DNA of 64,000 nt, taken from the NCBI GenBank assembly GCA_964016885.1, contig OZ024740.1, positions 85,188,001-85,252,000 on the forward strand. Reading direction: 5' to 3'. Position 1 is the stretch's first letter. Each line of letters begins with the position of its first letter. Positions 40,690-54,449 of the stretch are shown piece by piece. The notes under the pieces are model-generated. The model searched no databases. It was not told where the DNA came from and saw only the letters and a program-made list of their open reading frames with translations. This stretch comes from Eledone cirrhosa (lineage: Eukaryota). The position numbers and the translations under genes were made by a program.

Positions 40690-41175
40690 TTATCCCGATG
40701 ACCCTGCTTAACCTGTTACCTTTTTGATCTCTATGTGTCTAACACACGTGGACATGCCCACAAAGTAAGAAAACAGCACAGTTCCCATGACTTTCGGAAA
40801 CATTTTTTCACACTCAGAGTTGCTGAAGCATGGAACAAACTACCTGCATCAGTTGTTAGCTGTCGAGACACTGCATCCTTTAAGGCCTCCATGCTTTCCG
40901 AGATCCGCCAACACTACAGCTAACACATACACACATGTACTTCCCTGACATTTGTGTATTATTCTATGTACTATACATACACCTTTGACGAGTTGTAGTG
41001 CACCTGAGCACTTTACACAATAATTTCATTATTATGTGTATATCATGACTCATGCACTGTTCATTTTCTTGATGTTTGTACATTACCCTATGTATTATAC
41101 ATACACTTTTTGATGAGTTGTAGTGCACCTGAGCACTGTACACAATATTTCATTATTATTATTATTATTATTACT
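40690..41175 (+). mobile_element. CR1-group LINE 3' end with duplicated 3' UTR segment and (ATT)n tail
   Basis: SNTRGHAHKVRKQHSSHDFRKHFFTLRVAEAWNKLPASVV. The segment gagttgtagtgcacctgagcact occurs twice. Confidence 0.85.
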
Positions 41176-41315
41176 ACAGCGCAGATGACATAGCTTCTTC
41201 AACTATCAAAACACCGCTGATAACATATCTTCGTGGCCAACAGGAAAGCAACGTCAATAATTTCTTCTTTTCTTTTCTTCCTTTTCTTCATCCTATATTA
41301 GCCAGGTTCTCCGGA

Positions 41316-41707
41316 ATTGAAGGCGATTCGTAGTTGATGTCGATTGAAAAAAATATGGAGAAATCGCCTTCTATGCATGTGTGTGTGTACGTATGTGTGT
41401 ACGTATGCACGTATGTATGTATGTATGTATGTATGTATGTATGTATGTATGTATGTATGTATGTATGTATGTATGTATGTATGTATGTATGTATGCACAT
41501 ATGTATATATATATACATACATCTGAGAAAAACGACAAACCCTCCATCTCAATTCTACTTTTGAAAAGCAGAAGAACTGCGAAACGGTAAAGGAACCAAA
41601 TAAATATATATTTTTATAAAAAAAAGACTCCAGTTGCATTTTCGATTTCATCTTTTTTCCTTATCCTTGTAGAATTGAGATGGAAGGTTTGTGGTTTTTC
41701 TCATATG

Positions 41708-41739
<32 letters not shown>

Positions 41740-41909
41740 CATACATACGTGCATACATACATACGTGCATACGTACGTACATACATACATACATACATAA
41801 GTGCATACATACATACATACGTGCGTACGTACACACATACGTACACACACATGCATAGAAGGCGATTTCTCCATATTATTTTCAATCGACATCAACTATG
41901 AATCGCCTT

Positions 41910-41913
<4 letters not shown>
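41316..41913. repeat. Composite inverted duplication (arms 41316-41558 / 41669-41913)
   Basis: Each arm contains a GAAGGCGATT..AATCGCCTTC hairpin, a (TATG)n tract and part of the 29-kb PLE family. Confidence 0.8.
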
Positions 41914-42003
<90 letters not shown>

Positions 42004-42070
42004 AAGGTTTAGTAAATAATGAAAAAGTTTCAAAATAAATTTTAAAAAATTGACTTTACCTACTATAGTT

Positions 42071-42154
42071 ACCTTTACCGATCGGTTTCGAATCCCAAAA
42101 ATAAAACGTAGGCCATACGGCCTTCGTTGCAAAGAGAGATTCTCGTCAGAAGGT
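42071..42154 (-). ncRNA. Intact type I hammerhead ribozyme
   Basis: ACCTT-CTGACGA-GAATC...GATTC-GAAA-CCGATCGG-TA-AAGGT. All stems pair. Confidence 0.88.
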
Positions 42155-42319
42155 TCTTTTCATTCAAAGAATATAAAATTCCTGAATTTAAATCACAAAC
42201 TAGCGCTATCAAAGACTGTTCCTGGGATGAGAGTGGATGATGTAGAACAGGTTTATCAAGGGCCGTAGTAAAGATAGAGGCAAAAGGAGGTATGTAATAA
42301 ACAACATGAAACAATTATT

Positions 42320-42386
42320 CCATTTACCAAAGGTTTCACGAATACAGACGGGCTCAACAGAGACGTCTGAAATCGCTCATCAGATG
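42320..42386 (-). ncRNA. Hammerhead ribozyme (stem I 5' strand replaced by a fold-back junction)
   Basis: CTGATGA-GCGATTTCAGACG...CGTCTGTATTCGT-GAAA-CCTTTGG-TA-AATGG. The palindrome aaatcgctcat-cag-atgagcgattt sits at the junction. Confidence 0.72.
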
Positions 42387-42403
42387 AGCGATTTATGATA
42401 TAT

Positions 42404-42618
42404 ATTAGAAAGTGAGGTTTATTTACAAAATGAAAAATAACCGAGGTGTCGTACACGAGTGAAAGTATAAGGGAAAAAGATGAAAGCGAAAATGCAACTG
42501 GAGTGTTATTTAAACAAAAAATATATATATTTATTTGGTTCCTTTATCGTTTTCGCAGTTTTTCTGCTTTTCAAAAGTAGAGTTGAGATGGAGGGTCTGT
42601 AGTTTTTCTCACATTTTT

Positions 42619-42622
<4 letters not shown>
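42404..42622 (-). mobile_element. PLE terminal fragment, same family as 28899-29256, with tail
   Basis: Near-identical to 28899-29110. Confidence 0.85.
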
Positions 42623-42689
<67 letters not shown>

Positions 42690-42761
42690 ATACTCTGCTC
42701 TGCAAAAGCATAGAGTGCTCAAACGGCCTACGGCATACAGACGCTTTAAGCATCCCGCATC

Positions 42762-42874
<113 letters not shown>

Positions 42875-43578
42875 GATAATATTCATGAGAGTAAATATAC
42901 TCATTTACAAGGTGTATTTTAGCTGAATGCATTGAGAATCCTGTAGAGCTGTTATATATATATATATATATAGTTCGTTTGCAAACCAAAGAATTTAAAC
43001 CATTTATTAACTTTAAATGCCTTAAATTATTTGGTTTGTAAAGAAACTATTTATATATATATATAACGAAGGAAGTGTGGTAAGGAACCAAATGGACCAT
43101 AACGCACCAGAGTACTCAATACTATATATGTATATATGTATGTATGTATATGGTGTTGCCCCACCATGGTCTCTGCCTGTCAACTGGAAACGTAATAGTG
43201 TTATATATATATGTGTGTGTGTGTGTATACATGCGTATATACGCAAACAGAAAAGGGTGTAAAACCTTACCTCGGACTATAATGGTGGAAGGTCATATAT
43301 AATGGAAACAAATCCTGTTTTGCCATTGTCGTTTGTGACGTCACTTATGTAGCAGTTATATTCATTTGTTGCTTAATATAATTATAATTATACTTTTTGT
43401 TTTTTTTTAGTTTTTCACACTAAATTCTATTCATCTAAATATATATATTATTTAGATTGCTTTTATTTTAACTAATAATGAAAAATTCTAGATTGTTTAT
43501 ATTCAAGATTTCATTTCCTCCCAGACATACGAACAAAAATTGCAAAGAGCGTTTGGTGTGTATATGTATGTATGTATG

Positions 43579-43633
<55 letters not shown>

Positions 43634-43656
43634 ATGTGCGTGTGTGTGTGTGTGTG

Positions 43657-43688
<32 letters not shown>

Positions 43689-43698
43689 TCTATGTATG

Positions 43699-43794
<96 letters not shown>

Positions 43795-43798
43795 TGTG

Positions 43799-43829
<31 letters not shown>

Positions 43830-44853
43830 ATATATATATATGTGCGTGCGTGCGTGTGTGTGCGTTATCTTCACATCAAAATAGTTTTCTGACTAGAATC
43901 AAATTCAACTTCTATTTTGATTTTTTCTTATTTTTAATTTTGTCTTTTCTCAAATGTTCCCTTTTTTTACGTTTGCTTCATTATTTGTCCAAATAAGGAA
44001 AGAATTCCGTAATATATGGCATTAATTGAATGAGTTATATATTGTAAATGTAATATTTTCTTATTTACACTTAGGTAAAACAACAATATACCAATACAAT
44101 AAAAGGCAACAGAAAATTAACATACTCTTAAGAAGTTTTCATTTGAATGTATTTTTGTTCCGTTAGTGACTTTTCTTTTTTAGATTAAAAAAAAAATGGA
44201 ATAGTTCTGTTTTAACGAAGCAATAAAACGAGTATCCCAAACCTTAGCCAAATTCAAGTTTTTGAGAAATTTAGCAGTAAGCCTCTGAAGGAATAAGTCT
44301 GATAAAATATGTATGCAAATCCATGTACATACATTCGTACAGTCTAATTCTAAGCTATCGCATGTATTTCTCAAGCCTTTTGCGATGCCAACCACGATCA
44401 CCAGCTGTCGTAACTCATGCCTCTGAGAATATGTGGGTTTAGGGAAGAGAGGAATGGTTAGTTAAACAGGACTTATCTATTCGCAGCCAATGGCTAGCCC
44501 TCAAACGGACGTCTAGACTGACTATATTTGTTTATACGCCTCCTAGAGCCATCGACGATAGCTGTTTGCAAAGGTTGCAGAGATTAAAATAGACAAGATG
44601 TTCGTAAGCTGACATAACATTTATAGCAAAAGAAGTAAGCAAACGAACAGAAAAACGAGATAACGTAGGCAACTAGGGTCAAAATATAAACTGAGACACA
44701 TACACACACAAACACGAACACACACACACACACACACGAACACACATACACACACATGAAGACCTGTAAACATACATACAAACTTGTCTTTATATACATA
44801 CACACTCTCACATATACACGGTTATACACACACACACACACACACACACATTT

Positions 44854-45459
44854 ACAAGAGAAGAAAAGTATCCCTTCATCAGCTGTTTACTGCAGATCAT
44901 AGATGTTTCGGCGCTTAAAACAGAACATCGATCTGTAGCGCGCCCATGGCCTTTTATCCATCAAAACGCCATGAGAGAAAGAAGTGATAGAAAGAGAGAG
45001 AGGAAGAAGAACAAAAAGGAAAAAAACAAAGTAAACATACCGATAGAAGTTGGGACACAGGACAATGGCACATGTATGTAAAGTAACCGAAGAGAAAGTG
45101 GAATAAGTTATAGTCCGCCGATGGGTATAAGCCCGCTGGCTGTGATAACAGCGGAACAAGGTCTTTCCGTGGCGATCTCAGTAAAGTGGGGATAGAGAGA
45201 GAAAGACGGAGAAACCGGAAGTGAGAGGGGGTGAGTGGTGCCATTGTCCTGTGTCCCAACTTCTATCGGTATGTTTACTTCGTTTTTTCCTCTTTAACTT
45301 TTTTCTTCTTCCTCTCTCTTCACTATCACTTCTTTCCCTCATGGCCTTTTGATGGATAAAAGGCCATGGGCGCGCTACAAATCGATGTTCTGTTTTAAGC
45401 GCCGAAACATATCTGAGCTGTAGTAAACAGCTGATGAAGGGATACTTTTCTTCTCTTGT
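44854..45459. mobile_element. Fold-back insert with ~220-bp arms (44854-45071 / 45238-45459) between microsatellites; probably PLE-terminal
   Basis: Clear inverted repeat. Contains GGCGC..GCGCC-GAAA and CTGATGA but in non-canonical order. Confidence 0.65.
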
Positions 45460-45478
45460 TTACGTCCACCTTCTAACA

Positions 45479-45582
<104 letters not shown>

Positions 45583-45662
45583 GGTAAACAGAAGAAACAA
45601 CACAATCGGTACAGTATATGGAGAGGATATATTAAGTTAACGCTTGATATAGCAGGAAGAAG

Positions 45663-45700
45663 GTCTAAAAGTTTCGGACGCTAGTCCTTCATCAGAAGAA
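45663..45700 (-). ncRNA. Minimal hammerhead core (degenerate stems I/III)
   Basis: TCTT-CTGATGA-A-GGAC tagc GTCC-GAAA-ctttt-AGAC. Confidence 0.55.
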
Positions 45701-46195
45701 AGAATGAGAAATAAGATATATTGAGGGGACGGGTGGGGTTCCAACGATGAGTGTCCCATTTGTTTGAACTATGGAACAACCTCCTCCTGAAATAAGAGAG
45801 TATGTATATATGTGGCTGTGAAATCAAAGGGCACTTTTAAAACGTATTTCTCAGGGAGATTCAGCGTGAAAATGTGTGTGACATTACTATCACTTTGAAT
45901 TACAGGTACAGCTGAATCTGTACAATAGTGTAAGTGGCTGAGCATTCCACAGTCACTTGTAATCACATTATAGTTTTCAGAGAGATTCAGCGTGGAACTG
46001 TGTGTAACAAGACTGTTTCTTTGAATTACAGAAACAACTAATTTTTATCAGCTGTGTGTACTCGAAAAATGTGAAATAAAGCGTCTTGTTCAAGACACAA
46101 CGTGCCACCAGGAACTGAACTCACGACATTAAGTGTGTAGGTTGAACACGTAAACAGTAAGACTCGTGTGTGTGTATATATATATATATATATAT

Positions 46196-46392
46196 GAAAA
46201 TGTTCAAGACCCCGACGGCAGAGCTCAAGCGGTTTCGACGGCTATTTCTGGAGTCCAGAAATAACCGTCGAAACGGCTTGAGCTCTGCCGTCGGGGTCGT
46301 GAACATTTTCCTATTACCCACTCTACTACCCTAAGTATTGAGTACTCTGGTGCGTTATGGTCCACCTGGTTCCTTATCACACTTCCTTCGTT
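46196..46392 (+). mobile_element. PLE terminal fold-back insert (hairpin 46196-46310, tail 46311-46392) in (TA)n
   Basis: Palindrome gaccccgacggcagagctcaagc...gcttgagctctgccgtcggggtc. The tail recurs at 43064-43122, 58411-58488 and 59713-59760. Confidence 0.85.
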
Positions 46393-46434
46393 ATATATAT
46401 ATATTTAATATATATATATATATATATATTTAAT

Positions 46435-46686
<252 letters not shown>

Positions 46687-46808
46687 GTGTATTGGTGTGT
46701 AACGTTCGAGCACTCAATCCTGATCCGGTTACCAACGTAGGATTCTACGTTTGTGGGTTGTTTCTTCACCGGTTTCGGTATACGTAACAAGCAAAGTTTT
46801 AATAATAA

Positions 46809-46905
46809 TTCACAAGTCTGATGAGCTATCGATTTCAGAGTGAAGCCCGATCACTACCGATCGTATCTTGAGCTGAATGATTGCGAAATACACGTCACGT
46901 GTGAA
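46809..46905 (+). ncRNA. Type I hammerhead ribozyme with long stem II
   Basis: TTCACAAGT-CTGATGA-GCTATCGATTTCAG...CTGAATGATTGC-GAAA-TACACG-TC-ACGTGTGAA. Stem I pairs 8 of 9 bp. Confidence 0.75.
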
Positions 46906-47706
46906 TAAAAATATATTGATATTAAATTGCATGCTACAACCACTAGTTATAAACACGCTGTGTTATCAACTTCCACCCTAACAGCTTCTGCTTTCTCGAA
47001 TTATGAAGCTGTATATCCCCTCCACTCAGATCTACCCTAAACACCAGTCTTTTTTCTTCTTGTCGCCAACCAAGGGCCATTAACATTAAACTCACACCAA
47101 ATCCTTCTCCTCAGAAGTGTACCCACAGGAACACACACTGTCAATATTATTCTTTTAGATGGAATTATACAGATGTAGAAACTAAACATCATCTACATCA
47201 ACCTTACCAGTCTGGAAGGGCCTGCAAATATTTTCATTGACACTCCTCAACTGACTAGCTATTTAAAGAAAAAGAATGTTTACTGTGACGCTTCTTAGAT
47301 CGCCTAGAAGTAATGTAACAGTTGCTACTGCTGTAGCAGTTATATTGTTGCATAGATTATTACATAAAAATGTCCCCGATAAAGATAAAAAAACCTTTCT
47401 CCCAGTACTTTACATTAGACACAGATAGGATCACTATTCTGATGCAAATTTCATTTCAGTTTTACCTTTACAAGCGGCAAGTCAACGAAGATATCATCAA
47501 TTATAGTTTACAGTAGGAAAAGATACGCAAAATATTAATAGAAGCTTCGCCATAAATAATATAGTCTAATAATGGGGTGTATAAATCTCCCGAACGGAAA
47601 AAAAGATGGGTATCAGCACACGCTTTCTAAACACACTTCCTTTGTTTGCATACGGCTATTAAGTTATAGCTCCTAATAAAAAGACAAAAAAAACAAAACA
47701 AAGGGT

Positions 47707-47783
47707 GGGTTCATTGGAGTAATGGTAGCGAACGCGTCCGGGAAATAAGAGATGTGAGTTCGACTCCCATGTCTGCTGGTACC
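47707..47783 (+). other. tRNA-like Pol III head (tRNA pseudogene or SINE head)
   Basis: A box TGGAGTAATGG and B box GAGTTCGACTCC. The acceptor and anticodon stems do not pair well. Confidence 0.5.
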
Positions 47784-48459
47784 CGTCTTTTTCCATTCAG
47801 TGGGTTTATTATTCAGTTAAATGTTGCAACGCAAAATATATTATCTATTGTGGGTTGTAATGTATAACTGATGTCTGTCGCTTTTTTGCCAATAAGCTAT
47901 ATAATATCTATTAGTTGTATATGGCTGAAAGTGATAGCTGAAGCTTTGGCTATACTAAAACTAGGAATGCTTCTAATCTTCATCCTTCTTTGGTGATTAC
48001 ACGTTCTCTTTAACTCGGAGTTAGAGTTAAAAACCTTTCTACGTCAGTGGTAAACATATTTACATGATAAAAAAAAACTGGTTGTACATTTTGTTTAAGT
48101 TAGTGAGATAAACAGCAAAGTTAACTAAGAAAAAAATTTATATTAATCTTGCTCTTGTAAAACATCTAGTATAACTAGCTCTTATACGTTATGCTATATT
48201 AATGATGGTGAATGAAAAATCCCGTGTCCATGTCACTTATTTCATCTCAGACTGGAGGGATGAAGTGTGGGAATTATTCTCAAATCAGAGAGTGGACTCC
48301 GCTGAAAGCACCCAAGGACTAGGTGTCAGTGTCGGTGTGAAACCGGGTGTCGGATTAAGTCTAACATCCAAGAACTCAGAATGTCGGAAAAAATACCATA
48401 AGACATCTTTCCGACGATCTAAGAATTACACTAATCTACTGCCTTTAACTGGTACATTA

Positions 48460-49790
48460 TTTTATTGACCCCGAAAGGAAGAAAAGAAAAGTTGACCTCA
48501 GCGGAATTTGAAATCAAAGTGCAGAGAGTAGGAATAAATACCGCAATATATTTTTCCTTCTCTCTAACAACACAGCCAATTCGCAGGTTACTCACAATAG
48601 GAGTTGAACTGAAACCTGCAAGCTAACATTTTAAAATCAATTTTTAAATGTTACCACTACTTGGAGCATTAAGTTGTTCATATTTTATTGTTTAAGATAG
48701 GAAGTGTCCCCATCTCAGGCACAACGCAAAGTTGGTAACAGGATACGAACCGCCGATCTCTCGGTTTGTCCTCCAGTTGTGTATCTCTTCATCTATCCAT
48801 GCATGTACCCGTAACTGCCGAGCGAGTGGTAGGGGCACCATACGGTGTTTCTAGGGAATTTTAAAACCTGGCGGAGCCCATCCTCTCACCAGGTCTGAAT
48901 ACAACAGATTTCTTCCAGAGAAAGATAAAGAGTGAAAGAATGGAAGTGAGAAAGAGGAAGAATTGACCCCAGTACTAGACTGGTAGATTTTTTTATCGAC
49001 CTTGAATGGATGAAAGGCAAAGTTGATCGCAACAGGATTTGAACTCCTATTCATCTATATAAACTCTTAAATGGTTGCAGTTGATAAATGGCGTATTTGT
49101 GTTCAATACTTATGTTGAGTTAAATCTCAAAACAGCTTAGTCTACCATTTTACAACTGAACCACCGCAGTCGCTTTGTATAAGTACATACATCAGGCAGA
49201 TTTAGATGTACCATTATATTTGAATATATTTCTAATTACGTAATTAGATGGTGTTAATAATGACGTGTCTCGCAGCTAATTAATCTAATTACAAGTACGA
49301 CAACATACAAGATACGATAAGATATTTCCCACATGTTCTAATTCCAATTAATATAAGAACATTACTCGGACGTAACATGATATTTATATCAATGGGCTGC
49401 GAATGACAGAATCAGCAGAGCGTCGGATGAAATATCATTTGATATTTAGTTGCATCTCTTTACATTTTTAGCATAGTCACGTTGTGGTTCACTTTACTAG
49501 TCATCACTTTGGGTGGTGATAAAATATGTAGAGATAAAGTAGCCGGCTAATTAGCAGAGTCGTTAGAACGTCAGATAGAATGCTTTGCAGTATAGCTTCT
49601 TGTTCTCTGAGTTCAAAACAAGCCGAGGTTAACTTTACCTTTTATCGTTGACCGGTATTTTATTCATCGACCCTGAAATGATTAAAATCAAAATTGACCT
49701 CCGCAGGGATTGGACTTATAGTACAGAGAGCATTAATACCACAAAACATTCCACTCGACTCCCAACCGACTTTGCCAATTCAACGCCTCC
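48460..49790. mobile_element. Several degenerate SINE copies in both orientations (~48460-48580 -, ~48960-49046 -, ~49545-49650 +, ~49655-49790 -)
   Basis: Fragments matching the SINE consensus. Confidence 0.6.
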
Positions 49791-50627
49791 TCTTACTATT
49801 GAATGAAATGCATCATCCTGATGATTCTACTAATTCGTATCTATTATAAAATATATACAGTGATAGTACACTCGACATTTAGTTGTGCAGGTAAGAGAAG
49901 GAACGAACGAACATACAAAAGAAAAATAAATACAAAAAAGCTATATAGGTAAGAGAGAAAGAATGTTAACTTCCAAAATATTCTGAAGTAATGTTGGCAG
50001 TCCTGACTAACAATGTTTATAACCGAAAGTGGAATTGCTCGTTCAACTTCTATTACTCGACATTCTTTGAAACAAATTTGTTCAGCAAGCAACAATGCCA
50101 GTAGCCATTAGAACAGTCTCTGACAAACTCCCAACCACTGCTACCAGTACAGTTGCCATGGTAAAAGCTTCCAAATTACGATCATCCGAAATTTCTATTT
50201 CTGGTCTTTAAAATTCACTTTATAGCAACTCATTATTGTACACTAACATTGCCGTTTATATTTCCCATTTTATTACATCTCATATGTTGATCGCTTATTT
50301 CATCATTAATATAAATAGGTTTGGTTTTGTTATATAGAAACTACGTAATTTGATAGCCACTGCTTGATAACATCTGTCTTCCCCATTTGGTGGCTATTGT
50401 GGTCCAGTTACGTATGCCGAGTTTAGGGAGATGGGTGGTTCGCGTTTGATTTGCCAAATTTGGAGGGTGAATACGGTTTGGTTTGGCAGGAGTCATAAGT
50501 ACAAGTTGGCGTTCGATTTAGGGTGTTTGCTGAGTGTTTGTAAACTCATTGGAGCAACAACGGTTTTATTTACATATGTATTTATCCATTTTATTATTTT
50601 ATTATTTCTTAAATATTTCTTAAATAG

Positions 50628-51040
50628 GGCGGTGGATTGGCAGTATCGGTAGAGGGTCGGACGCCATGCTTTCCAGCATAGTTACGTCCCTTTACGATCT
50701 GAGTTCAAATCCCGCCGAGGTTAACTTTGCCTTTCATCCTTACGGGGTCGATAAAATAAAGTACCAGTAATGAACTGGGTTATTGCTGGCCTTGTGCCTA
50801 AAGTAGAAACAATTATTTCTTAAATATTTAAATATTTGAGGATGGTGGGTAAGCGGTATCGATAGTGTCGGATGAAAGGCGTTCAGATATTTAGTTACGA
50901 CTTTCTATGTTCTGAATTCAAATCTCGCTGAGGTCAACTTTGCTTTTCATCCTTCCGAGATCAGTGAAATAAAATACCAGTTAAGTATTAGTGTTGATAT
51001 AATCGACCTTCCTTACTTCCAAATTGCTGGCCTTGGACCA
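50628..51040 (+). mobile_element. Two tandem tRNA-derived SINEs (50628-50815 young; 50840-51040 older)
   Basis: Match the SINE consensus. Confidence 0.88.
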
Positions 51041-51654
51041 GTGCTAAACAAAAATATTTTAAAATTATTTTTCTTCTCTATTCATTTTGCATCCATTTAT
51101 TGACACAGGCATGGTTGTGTGGTTAAGAAATTCGCTTCGTAATCACTTGGTTCCTCTGAGTTCGATCCCATTGGCCAGAGGGTTTATGAAAATGTCTTGT
51201 TGTACCTGAGCGTCGGATAGATCCAAACGCCAACTATTTAAACGGAAAATTGTGAACCAGTCCGTAGGATGGCTTGTAGCTGGTTTGGGACAGTAGATGT
51301 AAGCCCCCGCCCAGTTTAACACCACCAATTGGCCGCTTTTGATTAATTTTAGCGGAGTCAACCATGTTGCAAATATCTGGAACAGATTTCCAGAGTGAGT
51401 ATGATTTCCTCTCATCCGTCGCAGCTATTTAGAAAACGGCAATGGGCCCCTATCTTTCCTTCTCTGGAACATATAAAAAACAAATCATCCACTCTGCTTA
51501 AATATTTTCGCCTGCATACCACCATCTTGTATTATATTGTCCAATGTTTTTCATTATTTAAGACAGTAAAGTGTGATTTGAGGAAATTTTGTTGCTATTT
51601 TTAATAGGTCAATTCGCGAGGCATATCCTAACAGCAGCAGGAATATTATGAGGT

Positions 51655-52240
51655 GTGTTATAATATTACTTACTATTATATCTTACATAATACTAAGCGA
51701 CATTGAAGTCTTACATACCACTATCGTTATCTTAAGTATTATATAACACCGGTGACTATAAAGATCTTACATAACAATAAGCACTACTGAGGTCTTACAT
51801 ACTACTATTAAGATCTAAGCAATACTGAGCAATACTGAGGTCTTATAATACTGGTCATTATCTTAAGTCTTATATATCACTAGTCGCTAGTAAGATATTA
51901 CATAACACTAAGCACTGTTGGGGTATTACACAATACTAGTCATAATTGAGATTATACATAATACTCAGATCTTATTCAGATCCTATATAATATTGATCAT
52001 CATTAAGAGCTTGCACAGCACTGGTAACTATTAAGGTCTTATATAACAGTAGTAAATATTGAGATCTTACGTAACAGTGGTCCCTAAGAAGGTCTTACAT
52101 AGCATTGGTAACTATTGAAATCATACGTAACACTGATCGCTATTAAGGCTTTAGATATCATTGGTCACTTTTGCAGTCTTACACAGCACTGGTAACTATT
52201 GAAATCTTACGTAATACTAATCCCTAAGGAGGTCTTATAC
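51655..52240. repeat. Degenerate 28-bp minisatellite (~cactggtaactattaaggtcttacatag), ~20 units
   Basis: tcttacat-like words recur at 51681, 51709, 51737, 51765 and 51793, giving a period of 28. Confidence 0.85.
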
Positions 52241-52244
52241 GTGT

Positions 52245-52795
52245 CAGTCTTCGCAGTACTGATTTTCATTTCTGTCAGGCTGCATTCGGCAGCAAATCTA
52301 TCATGTTCGTGACGGAGATCATCTTCTGACGAATTAAGTAGCACTTTGTCGTCTGCAGATTCCAGCTAACTAATCTTACACCTGCCGGTCATGATATCAC
52401 TTCCAGCCCGGCTGCGCATGTCAATCCAGTTCATGAATATAATAAACAGGAGAGATGACAGTACGCATCCACATTGAATGGTTTCGACTTAGCAACATTT
52501 ATCCGAACACAAATACTAGGTCATTCGTATAGATACTTAAGGGCAACAAGCAGCAGCTGTCCATCGATCCCATACTCCTGCAGAACCTTCCAGAACGAAT
52601 CCTGTTCAACGCAGTCGCATGCATTTTCGAGGTTTGCAAAACTAGAATACACTTCTTGCCAGGACTCGCACGATTTCCCTCAAACCTGCCGCAGTGTTTA
52701 TATTTAGTCGGCTGTGCTTGGACTTGGCAATCTCCCTATATCTCTTTGCCAGACACTCAGCATAGACTTTACCGAGGAAGCTTAACTGCGAAACC
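52245..52795 (-). pseudogene. RTE-type LINE reverse transcriptase fragment (degraded)
   Basis: Minus-strand peptides resembling F.DLEKAYD.V (SFANLENACDCV), QG-motif region (GCVLSSLLFIIFMNWID) and LLFADD (LESADDKVL). Confidence 0.65.
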
Positions 52796-52876
52796 AGTAA
52801 AATTATTGTAAATAATTCTTTAAATTTTCAAGAGAATTTTTAACTTCTTCTTTCTCTCTCTCCCTCTCTTTCTCCC

Positions 52877-52985
<109 letters not shown>

Positions 52986-53144
52986 CACAGCTACGAATAC
53001 TAACAGTTCCACACCTAAACAACACCCTAGTGCAGACAAATGATTCAGGATATGTCTTACTGTTTATTCTTTCTATGCTTGTTATGGGATTATACATAAT
53101 ATACACAATTTACATTGAATAAACAATACAAAGTACATATGTAT

Positions 53145-53259
<115 letters not shown>

Positions 53260-53347
53260 ACACACGTTTACACACACACACACACAAAAATTTGTAGCTC
53301 CTAAAAGCTATACATGTTCGCTTCAGATTGCGATTTAACTACGAATG

Positions 53348-53432
<85 letters not shown>

Positions 53433-53450
53433 CTTGTACAGTCCCCCCCC

Positions 53451-53485
<35 letters not shown>

Positions 53486-54449
53486 TATCTCCAACTGCTG
53501 CTATACTGACATACGAAATATTTATAGAAACATCATCTACTCTACTCTTAGGGAAAACTATACAAACAAAGAAAAGAGAAACTCAGAGAATGCACTAGAA
53601 ACTTTTACCTGACATTCCACCAGTCACCCGAGAAAGCCTCCACGTAGTCGCTCAGTTTACTAGAAATAGCAGTATATTAGACCTCATAATTTCTCTCTAT
53701 GAAATGGACCTCTGTCGATTTAAACAATGTGTTCCAATCTTTAGACCAATGGAACAACCTGTCCTGGAAATTAACGTGCACATGGATGAGTATTCCACAG
53801 ACAAAAGTTCACTTTCAAGGGGACTCAGCGTGATAGTGTGTGTAACCATGAACTCATGTGACAACACAATACCTTACCTGTCATAATTTAAATGCAAACA
53901 TGTTCTTCAAAACCAAACCCCAGCCCACCTTGTAAAATAACATCCAATCATATCTATAAACATAGCTCTGTTGGTGAATAAATTGAATATTACTTATTTG
54001 GTTAAGTAGCAGTAACAATATAAAGAGTGGAGTGGTGTGCTCATGCGCGGAGATGCTATAATATAGCTTACACAATAGGGTGAAGATGCTTTTGAGACGG
54101 AAAAAGATGTTGCCATCGGCTGTTATGAGGAAACGAACTTCGTATCACACAGATACTCCGTAGCGACCGGTATCAACATTTTTTCCGTCTCAAAGTGTTT
54201 TTACTCAATTTTATAAGCTTTTTTGTTGCATCTCCGTCCACGAAGAAACCACTCTTTATATTAACCGTATCCCCTCAGCGCTTCGTAAAAGTTACCGGCT
54301 ACGTATACTAGTTTTTTTTTATCGATCGATCAAGATCCGACTTCATTCGCTTACCGAGTGGAGTGGGACTCGTCACAGCGGACCAAGGAAACGATGTTTC
54401 CACAATACTTAATAGCGTCATATTTCAGTTGATTTCAGAAATATTGATA

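Noticed and set aside
47707-47783. Functional tRNA gene
   Set aside because: A and B boxes are present but the cloverleaf stems do not pair.
51655-52240. CRISPR-like periodic array
   Set aside because: Contiguous degenerate tandem units with no unique spacers, no cas genes, and a eukaryotic context.
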